The notes under the pieces were generated by a model, which searched no databases, had not been told where the DNA came from, and saw nothing but the letters and a program-made list of their open reading frames with translations. Below are positions 38,052-46,688 of a stretch of 64,000 bases of DNA, piece after piece. The DNA is from Blepharisma stoltei ATCC 30299 (taxonomy: Eukaryota > Protista > Ciliophora), in NCBI GenBank assembly GCA_965603825.1, contig CBFDEM010000029.1, positions 62,001 through 126,000 on the forward strand. Direction: 5' to 3'. The position numbers were made by a program, and so were the translations under genes. The first letter of the stretch is position 1, and each line of letters opens with the position of its first letter.

Positions 38052-38565
38052 ATGGAAAGAAATCAAGATGATACTGAAGAACAAGATGAATCTGACGAAG
38101 TATGATAAAATTTAGGAATTCTCTAAAATTGCAATCGAAAACTCAAAGGAAGCATTAGATTTTGCTTGCAGATTTGCTGTTAGACCAGATGAAAGAAAAA
38201 AATCTCAACTCCAAATCTTAAAGACTTCTTACGAAACTCACAACAGCTTTCCCAAAAAACCTCTAATGAATGACGTTGAGCAATATAAAAAGCTTGACTT
38301 AGATGCTCTTTTCTTTATATTTTACCATCAGCAAGGAAGTTATCAGCAATTTGTTGCGAGTAAGCTATTAAAATCTAAAGATTGAATTTATCATAAGCAA
38401 TATCAAACTTGGTTTCAAAGACAAGGGAATCCCAAAGCAACTTCCCCTGAAAAGGAGCTAGGAACTTATCTGTATTTTGACTATGAAGTTAAATGGACTC
38501 AACAAAAAAAAGCCAATTTCGAGCTAGAGTATGCGAAAATTGAAAATGATGTGAAATTTAAATAA
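38052..38565 (+). CDS. Stand-alone NOT3/NOT5-type NOT-box protein, ~165 aa (absent from the ORF track)
   Basis: After the 16-nt intron 38100-38115: LFFIFYHQQGSYQQFVASKLLKSKD-W(TGA)-IYHKQYQTWFQR...GTYLYFDYEVKWTQQKKANFELEY, the NOT2/3/5 C-terminal domain. Confidence 0.85.
38100..38115 (+). other. 16-nt intron GTATGATAAAATTTAG
   Basis: GT-AG, A at -6; joins ATG 38052 in frame to the NOT-box exon. Confidence 0.8.
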
Positions 38566-38724
38566 TTTAATAAAAGATATTTAAATTTAAATGTCTCGTA
38601 AATTATTTTATGTTAAAAGCATTATTAAATCAACACGTGTTGCTTATTACCAACAGATAGTCATAGATAATTTTATAATAGAATTAATACATTTTTAAGA
38701 TAATATTACTAAATCTGACATCAG

Positions 38725-39333
38725 ATGACCGACCTTGATCTATATACCTTACAAGAACTAGAGCCCCTTCCTGATTACTTTACTTATTCAGACACAACTG
38801 AGTGCTCATCACCTGGCTTGCCTAGAAAAAGACTCCTTGAAGACGACGAAAGTCTATATCCAGCAGGAACTGAAGCCTATAAAAAAGCAAGAAAAAGAAG
38901 GCAAAATCGTGAAAGCGCGACCCGAAGCAGGGCAAGAAAAAAGATTGAAGTGAACAAAATGGACACAGAAATTTCACAATTGTCTGACATCAATCAAAAA
39001 TTGACATTGGAAAACACAGCTTTAAGGGCTGAAAATGAGATATTGAAAAAAGAGCTGGCATTTTACCAAGGAATGGTAAACCCAGAGAAACCGAAAATGA
39101 AAGGAGCCAAGAAAAGCACTGCCTGGCTGGCTGTTAGTGTTGTGCTTTCAATGATTTGTGTCGTACTTGCAACTCACAATGAAAGTAGTGATGTAACGAA
39201 CACGGGAAAACGAACTCTTAAGTCCTTTAGGTTCATGGAAGGAGAAGAGCCAGAGTTTATGGGAAATATTGTAATATTACTTGCATGTGCTGCAGTTGGA
39301 TGCGCGTATAAGCACTTTTCAAGCAGTAAATAG
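38725..39333 (+). CDS. Membrane-tethered bZIP transcription factor
   Basis: Basic region KKARKRRQNRESATRSRARKK, leucine heptads, then two hydrophobic segments. Confidence 0.85.
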   Translation: MTDLDLYTLQELEPLPDYFTYSDTTECSSPGLPRKRLLEDDESLYPAGTEAYKKARKRRQNRESATRSRARKKIEVNKMDTEISQLSDINQKLTLENTALRAENEILKKELAFYQGMVNPEKPKMKGAKKSTAWLAVSVVLSMICVVLATHNESSDVTNTGKRTLKSFRFMEGEEPEFMGNIVILLACAAVGCAYKHFSSSK

Positions 39334-39824
39334 CCATTTTCTTTTATTAATTTTAATTTTATTGTAGAAACAAATAGCTTTGATAACTGAAAAGCCTTAT
39401 ATTAATTTTTTCTCCGAATTATTTTGGGTCTTAATATAAATAAAACATTATTAGTTCATTTGCAGATATTTGAGTTTATAATTATGTCTGCCAATTTATA
39501 AATGGATTAAGAGTGTCAATTTATTCAGGCTTACTCTCAAGTTTATAGTTGTGGAATAAACCCATTTAACTTATAAAAGCATTTTTAAAAAAGCAAAAAT
39601 AAGTTATCTTAAGCTATTTGGCAGTTTACTTGATTGTAAGTCTAGCCATACCTCAACAGAAAGCCCAATATGCAAAGATGTGGGTTAAAATATCAGAAAT
39701 ACATAATAGCAGATATTTAATATTATGAATCAAATCACATCTTTTCCAATTTCTATTATAACTTAAGCTTAAATTGTGTGACTTAATTAAATGGTCTCGT
39801 TTAAATTAATGGCTCAAATAATAA

Positions 39825-40676
39825 ATGTTGTCAAGATCTAAGCTGATTGCTCGCCTCATAACTACTCAAACAGTTCCTCAAACTGAGTTATCAGAAGGAT
39901 CAAGAATATTTTGGAATAAAGTCGCAGACTGATATATCAAATATAACCATGAAAATTCCACCAAGATGTATGAGACAATGGCAAGCTTTCTCAGATTAGA
40001 TAAAGCCAACAAAGTAATTGATGCAGGGTGTGGGTCAGGAAATGGAGTAGAAGCTATGAAAAAATTTGCTTCTCCAAACACTCAATTCACCTTAGTAGAT
40101 ATTAGTGATGTGTTTGTTGAAAAGGCGAGAGCAGCTAATCCTGGAGTAGAAGTCTTTCAACAAGACGCTGAATCTTTATCTTTCCATGATGCCACTTTTG
40201 ATGTCTATATTTCCAATGGCCTTTTAGAAATCGTTAAAAAGCCTGACTGGGTTGTCAGTGAGGCTTATAGAGTGTTGAAACCAGGTGGTGTTGCCTCATT
40301 CTCAATTTATGGGAGAATGGGAATATGCAATACTTTAAGAATTTACAAATCAATCAGAAATAAACTAGGAATTAAACGTGGAACTGCTGAGCCAAGATTC
40401 GAACTTGCAGACCCAGAAAAAGTGAAAGCACTAGTAAAGTCGATTGGATTCAAAAGAGCCTGCTACTTCTATGAACAATACCACTTCAATGTCATTGATC
40501 CAAAGGACATTTTTGGAATGTATCTTGATAACCCTGTCCTTCGAGATGGTGCAAAACAAGTCGGAAAGAGCCATGAATTTGAAAATCTGGTCAAACAAGA
40601 GCTCGAAGAAATCTTGTTTGAAAAAGAAGAGCCTCTCATTTACGAAGCTTTAGTAGTAACAGCTTATAAAGATTAA
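39825..40676 (+). CDS. Class I SAM-dependent methyltransferase (type 11/UbiE-like), ~283 aa, possible mitochondrial presequence
   Basis: VIDAGCGSG, DAESLSFHDATFDVY, EAYRVLKPGG. TGA readthrough extends the ORF to ATG 39825 (MLSRSKLIARLITT). Confidence 0.8.
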
Positions 40677-40783
40677 TTTATATTTCTCATAAAAATTCAA
40701 AATTCCCTAATTCTGTCGCTTTTCAAAAAAAGTCATAATTAAATTTTTGAGGGGCAATTAATTAATCTGCGGGTTCTTATAAA

Positions 40784-41491
40784 ATGGAACTTCTGAAGTC
40801 ACAATTAATTTTAACACACGAAAGAACCATAAAAATCCATGACAAGACTTCGGAGCAGGGTTTTTGTGCAGAGTCTTTAATGTTTATTAGAGACCTAGCC
40901 ATTACGCTCCGGTTGTCGCAGCCATGTGTTGCTACCGCTCAAGTTTACTTTAATATAGTAATTGTGAGCTAGTTTGCTGTAAATCACAGCAAGTTCAAGT
41001 ACGACTGTCTCCTACTGGCTACAGCATGTCTGTTTTTAGCAGGGAAAGTTCTAGAACAGCCAAGACATTTAGAGACTTTTTGCAAAGGGTTTTATGAGAG
41101 ACGTGCAGCTATTCAAATGGCAAGAAACCCAAGACTGCAAGTCCCGCCGATGTCTCCGGCAATGCTTCAAAAATTCAAACAGAGTATAATAGATTATGAG
41201 TTCAATGTCCTGGACGTCATAGGATTCAACACGGAAATTCCGCTTCCTTATTCATACATCACAAACTTCGTTAATTCATATAATTTGCAGCCAAAATTAA
41301 AAGATAGCTTTCTTAGATGTGCAAATAACTTTGCAAATGATAGCTTTAGAACTTTGGTTGCTTTGAAAAAAGAGGCTGAAAATATAGCCAGGGCTTGCAT
41401 ATTTTTGGCTTCTAAATATTTAAATATAGAAGCTATGGTTGTAGCAGACCCTGAAACAGTAGAAATTATATTAGAATTATATAATAATTAA
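40784..41491 (+). CDS. Transcriptional cyclin (K/T/L-like), ~230 aa, 1 intron
   Basis: LRLSQPCVATAQVYF|F...LATACLFLAGKVLEQPRHL...EFNVLDVIGF...LPYSYI; intron 40958-40972. Confidence 0.85.
40958..40972 (+). other. 15-nt intron GTAATTGTGAGCTAG
   Basis: GT-AG, A at position 10; restores the cyclin box. Confidence 0.85.
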
Positions 41492-41941
41492 TGTTTAATC
41501 TAAACTTAGCATCCTTAGAAATCAACATTATTTCACCTTTTGAAAATTTTTATAAAAAATTATATTGCATCCGCAATCAAGAGAGTTTTATTATAGCTCA
41601 TGTTGTCTTATCAAATTTTTCTAAAGTCATTAAGCTTTGTTCTTTCTATAAATTTTATTGCATAGAAAACTCAATTAAAAAATTGTTTAAATTTATAATA
41701 AAATCTGGAATTGATTAAACGCCCTTTAAATTGATCTTAAAAATCCTTTGGCAGCGAAAAAAATTCATTTTACTTAATTAATTCCATCCTTCCAAAAAGT
41801 CATTATTTTACATCTTAAAGCTTATCCTTAATCATTTCTCTGAATAATTTTTCTTTCTTTCCCGACAAAAATTTAAATAATCAGAAAAAATTAGCTAAAA
41901 GAATTCTTCATAATTCAGTTATAATACTCATATTTAAATTT

Positions 41942-42976
41942 ATGTCATTAGAAAGACTGACAAAGCTAGAAAAGAAGATCATGGATATTTGTGTATTTTT
42001 GCACACAGAAATCTCTTCCATGAATGACAAAACAGACGAAAGTATGATGGATCTTTCAGATGTGCTTCAATTAGACTCATTTGAATCTTTAGAAAATATT
42101 AGTGACACTATCAAAGACTTATTGCGAATCAAGAGGGACTTTCAAATGTCAGAGGACTACAATCACTACAGGTCCCATGAGCAATACCAAAAAGCTTTAC
42201 AAAAATTAGAAGGAGAAGTTAGAAACCATATAAAAATTGAGCAACAAATGAAATTGCATATAGAAAGCACTCAAGCTAAACTTGATGAGATGGAAAAAGA
42301 AAGAAAAGACTCAGAAAGCAGTAGCAGAATTATTGATAAGCTTAAAAGAGATAACTGTCGACTCTCAGAAAAGCTAAAAGAACAGGAATCCTTACGGAGC
42401 AGTGAAGGCGCTTCAACTGAAAGAGAGATGTGTATCACAGATAGAGGAGAAAGGGCTAGATTTGTGCAGGAAATTGCAATGCTGAGGACTGCTAATAAAA
42501 AAGATTCACAAAAGATAGCTGACCTTGAAAAAACAAATAAACGGCTTGAATTAGAACTAGCAAAAAATAAACAATATTTGGAAGAAAGAGATAAAGAATT
42601 TAGTTCTGCTGAACAGAAGTATAAAAAATTAAGAGAGAGCATTAGTCAAAAAGAAAATTATCCAGATACGCTTACAGAGCTATATAAGAGGAAATATGAA
42701 AGAAAATGTGAAGAAATTCGGGTGCTTGAGAAGAGATTAAGCCAAACGAAAGAAAAAACAAGGGAAAACTCAAGGGAGCCAAAAGTAAGAGAAAAAACAA
42801 AGTCACCTGCCCCAAAAAGGTCTGATTCAGCTGCGAGGATTCATAGACCTGAAAGTCCATTTTTATCTACAACAAGAAGCCAAAGTAAACTTAGAGAGGG
42901 ATCTATTGACACCAAAAAGCGTCCAACCTCGTCTACGCATCAAAACTGTTATTATTTAAGTACATCGCGGCGATAA
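41942..42976 (+). CDS. Coiled-coil hypothetical protein
   Basis: 344-aa ORF; YQKALQKLEGEVRNHIKIEQQMKLHIE heptads and a basic S/R-rich tail. Confidence 0.7.
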   Translation: MSLERLTKLEKKIMDICVFLHTEISSMNDKTDESMMDLSDVLQLDSFESLENISDTIKDLLRIKRDFQMSEDYNHYRSHEQYQKALQKLEGEVRNHIKIEQQMKLHIESTQAKLDEMEKERKDSESSSRIIDKLKRDNCRLSEKLKEQESLRSSEGASTEREMCITDRGERARFVQEIAMLRTANKKDSQKIADLEKTNKRLELELAKNKQYLEERDKEFSSAEQKYKKLRESISQKENYPDTLTELYKRKYERKCEEIRVLEKRLSQTKEKTRENSREPKVREKTKSPAPKRSDSAARIHRPESPFLSTTRSQSKLREGSIDTKKRPTSSTHQNCYYLSTSRR

Positions 42977-43132
42977 ATATAGCTAATCTAAATTTAATTT
43001 TTTATAATTCATATACTCCCAAACTTCAAGCATAATTAATTTAGGTTTAAATTTATATTTAATAGGAACTTAAAGTTTTTCAGGAATATCATCAAATTTA
43101 GAACAAAAAGCAATGTGTACATTATATAAAGC

Positions 43133-45274
43133 CTATGAAACCAGCTGATTATCTTTGATAGAATTGGCAGAAATTATAAACGAAAGCTTAGGCTGGGGGA
43201 TCCTAGACGGTGTTTGCGATTTTTGGTATCGAACATCTTCAGGAGGATTTGAGCTCGGCCGAGTTAAAGCAGAAGGACTAATACTGCCTTTTCTTTTAAC
43301 ATGTTCATCTTTATTTCTTGATAGCTGTGCAGCTTTACTTTTAAAAATATTTTCATTTTCTGCCTTAGCTGCAATTGTTTTTAATCTTTTATTAGTCTCA
43401 TCCTGCTGCACCTTTAAATTCACTAATTCTTTTTTGAGCTTCGTTATTTCATCCTGGAATGTTTTTTCTTTCTGCTTATATTTCGTATTCAAAATCCCCA
43501 TCTTGACTTCTCTATCCTTTAGGGCATATTGGTAGCTTTCTAAATCTCTTTCTACTTTATCAAGTCTTCTTGATATTGTATTCTTTTCCGCCCTTTCTTT
43601 TTCTAGAAGCTTGAGTGTTCTTTCGATTTCTTCACAATTAAGATTTTTTCTGATTAGAAATCCAAAGTCTAGCACTTGAAGCCTTAGCCCGAGGGCCAAG
43701 GTTGAAGCTGTTTCGTTTGAGCAGGATTCTGAAGGACTGCAATTCAAAATAAAAGTAATTTTACTTTCAGATCCTCCTAAAGTTGGCTGGAGAATTCTTG
43801 TGAGAATTGAATTTCTAAACGGTACATGGTTTTGCTTGCTCTCTAAGGCTCCAATTACGTCTTGCAAAGCAGATAGCGATTTGTTAATTAGAAGAGTTTC
43901 TTTCAGCATTTCACCAGTTACACTGCTTTTTATTAATCTTTCACTCCCTGCTAAATCAACAAATTGGATTATGCCGGTATCTCTTCCGCTCATTATCTTC
44001 AAAGTATATATTAAATGGCTCCTTGAGGAAAATTCATTTGAGCTAGTTTGCCGTGTGGCTCTTCTTTTTAATGTTTGGTCAATCAAAGAGAGACCATGGG
44101 AAACCCAATCGTTTTGCAGCTCGATTTCTGCTATAGAAACAATATCATTTCAATTCTTGCTCAAAGGCAAATCAGTTAAGAGATTCCTAACTTGTTCATT
44201 ATAAATTTCAATGCAATGCATGGTAACTTTGATGTTTTCATTTTCTAGGAGTTTTTTTAAGGCGTAAAAAGACTGCTCGATAATTCCGTTCATTGTATAA
44301 GTCTTGCCGGAGCCAGTTTGGCCATATGCTATAATGCAAGATCTTCCTCCAAAAGAAGCATGCTCTATACAATCATATGCTTCTTGAAACACTTCCGAAA
44401 TTGTAGACTTTTGGTCAAAAATCTTAGAAAACTCATATTTCTTCTGGGAATTGACTGAGACACGACCTCGAGTCCTTGATGTTGGCATGCTTAAAAATAA
44501 AGTATTATTATCGCATATAATACATGAAGCCTTGCTTGAATCAAGCTCAAGTATCGGTCTAACCCTAACAATCACTTTCAGCATATGGTTTCCTTCAGAC
44601 AAAGCAGGAATAGTAGTATCAGCAGACACTCTTCGTGAAGAGAACCGAGAACTTGGTAACGAACTTTTTGCATTTTCTAGCTTTAAGTTATAGTTTTCTT
44701 GCTGCTTTGTCGCCTTTTCTAAAGCTATTTCAAGTTCCAAAATTTTATTTGTATCTCCATGCTGAGCTACAAGGGTGCTGATTTCTTGTTTTAGTTCTTT
44801 GCACTCATCTCTTAATCTTTGAAGTTCGATTTCTTTTGAAACTGTGATTTCATCTAGCTCTTCTTTATAAAGAATCGCGTTTTCTTCGGCTTGGTAGAGC
44901 TTCTCTTCTAAGTCTTGTTTGGAAAATTCTAAAATTCTTGCTGATTGTTCCCATTGGTCATTCAAATGTTCTAATTCGCGCTTTTGATCTTCATGAGATT
45001 TAAGCTGTCTTTTAAGTTTGTCGACCTCTTCGCATTTTTTTGTGAGTTCGTGCTCATTTTTCTTGTATTTTTCTTTGTAATCTTTAAGTTCATCTTCTAT
45101 GTCTTCTAGCTTCCTTGAAATTTTATGGATTTTTTCATCTTTTTCTGCTACTTCGGCTTCAAGGATTTCTTCGTATTCCTTAGATTGGGCTTGAAATCTA
45201 ATTTTAAAATACTCTTCAAATTCTTGTTGGAGGCTTAAAAGCTGAGATTCTAGTTCAGCTTCTCTTTCGCTCAT
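43133..45274 (-). CDS. Kinesin (kinesin-14-like motor) with an N-terminal NudE/NDE1-like coiled coil, ~708 aa
   Basis: VIVRVRP, AYGQTGSGKTYTM, SSRSH, VDLAGSER, INKSLSAL, HVPFRNS.LT.ILQ. TGA 44150 links the two ORFs inside the motor domain. Confidence 0.88.
45198..45212 (-). other. 15-nt stop-free intron candidate GTATTTTAAAATTAG
   Basis: GT-AG, A at position 10; removal converts EFEEYFKIRFQAQ to EFEEFQAQSKEYE, restoring NudE spacing. Confidence 0.7.
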
Positions 45275-45548
45275 TTATAAATCAAAAAATTTATTATTTA
45301 ATTTTTAAGAACATTTCAAAGAATCATGCAACTTAACTACTATCAAGGCATCTAAAAGGTTAAGGATTTGCTGATATGAATTCCTGTAATATTGCTCTGA
45401 GACTTTAAATTCGTTTTTCAGGTGAATGCTATAAGTATTTTTTCCAACAGATTTCTACCAATAGCAATGTTTCTCATATGAATTGAATTTTTTTATCTAT
45501 ATAATTGGACCTAAAATTAATACTATTAAATTATTTGCATTTTTAGCA

Positions 45549-46628
45549 TTAATATTTCATTGAAACTATAGCAGGCCTTACTTGTTTTTTAGACATTTGA
45601 ATCACTTGCTGAGCAGTTCCCATTGCTGAATTAAGTCTTTTTGTGATAATCCCTCTCGTGTTTTTTCTATATTCTCTCGCATTAAATTTAGCAGGCCTTG
45701 CTTTCACACTTGGGCCTATCACTATTGGCTGCTCTTGCTCAATTTTAACTTCTTCGTGCTCTCCTTTTTCTTTTTTCTTCAAAGCACTATCAATTTCTCC
45801 ATATAGCTGTTTATTCGCAGCCAAAACCCTTGCAATTCTTGCTTCTTCATTATCATAATCTTGCAAGTCTTCAATTCTCCTTTCCATTTTTTCAACAATA
45901 CTCAAAGCTACTTTTTTCTTTTCAGCTTCAAGCTCTTTTCTGTAATTTAAATCGATATCTTCAATTCTCTCATTCTCATTTTTCATGTCATATTCAAGTT
46001 TGCAAGCAACATCCTCTAAGTTTGCTAGCTGCTCAGTAAGAACCTTTAGTCTATACTCTTTAGTTTGTTTTATATGATACATTGGATCTTTCCTTAGCAT
46101 TTCAAGCCTCTCTTCTTCCTCTCTAATTAATTTAGCGCTTTCTTCAATATCTCTAAGGACTGAAGGGCTAATAGGTCTTGGTGGCAATTCTGTAAACTGT
46201 TTTTCATCAATATCTACTGATGCTTCAAACTGCTGTGTTGGAACTGGCATTAGAATTCTCCCTTCACTATAATTCACAGCAGGGGTTTGCAATGGAATAT
46301 CTTCAATATCATTGACTTCTAAAAATTGCATATCTTGAAGCTCATCTGCATTAATCCCGATATCCTTTTGATATTGGTAACTTATTAGATCATCTTCCAA
46401 ATTTGTTTGGCATCCAGTTTCATCAGTGTGCTGATTTCTCTTAACTTCTTGTATTTGTGAACGAATCGCAGCCGGCTGTGTGTGCTTTTGGTGAATTGGC
46501 TTCAGTAGCTTAGAAGGGCCTCCAAATTGAAGTAATTTAATAGGCTGAGAAGTTTTCTGTGCTTGTGGAAGCTCATACGCAGGAATCCTCATACTCAAAA
46601 GCCCAAGCTTATTTGCGTCAAAAGACAT
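45549..46628 (-). CDS. Hypothetical coiled-coil protein
   Basis: Long ORF; first ATG gives MSFDANK; no recognised domain. Confidence 0.65.
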   Translation of the reverse strand: MSFDANKLGLLSMRIPAYELPQAQKTSQPIKLLQFGGPSKLLKPIHQKHTQPAAIRSQIQEVKRNQHTDETGCQTNLEDDLISYQYQKDIGINADELQDMQFLEVNDIEDIPLQTPAVNYSEGRILMPVPTQQFEASVDIDEKQFTELPPRPISPSVLRDIEESAKLIREEEERLEMLRKDPMYHIKQTKEYRLKVLTEQLANLEDVACKLEYDMKNENERIEDIDLNYRKELEAEKKKVALSIVEKMERRIEDLQDYDNEEARIARVLAANKQLYGEIDSALKKKEKGEHEEVKIEQEQPIVIGPSVKARPAKFNAREYRKNTRGIITKRLNSAMGTAQQVIQMSKKQVRPAIVSMKY

Positions 46629-46688
46629 AATAAAAATACAATATGATTGCACGTTTAAATTTTGAAAAAACTTGTACAGGATTATAAG

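Noticed and set aside
41993-42008. GTATTTTTGCACACAG as a 16-nt intron
   Set aside because: Removal shifts the frame into an early TAG, whereas the unspliced ORF is intact.
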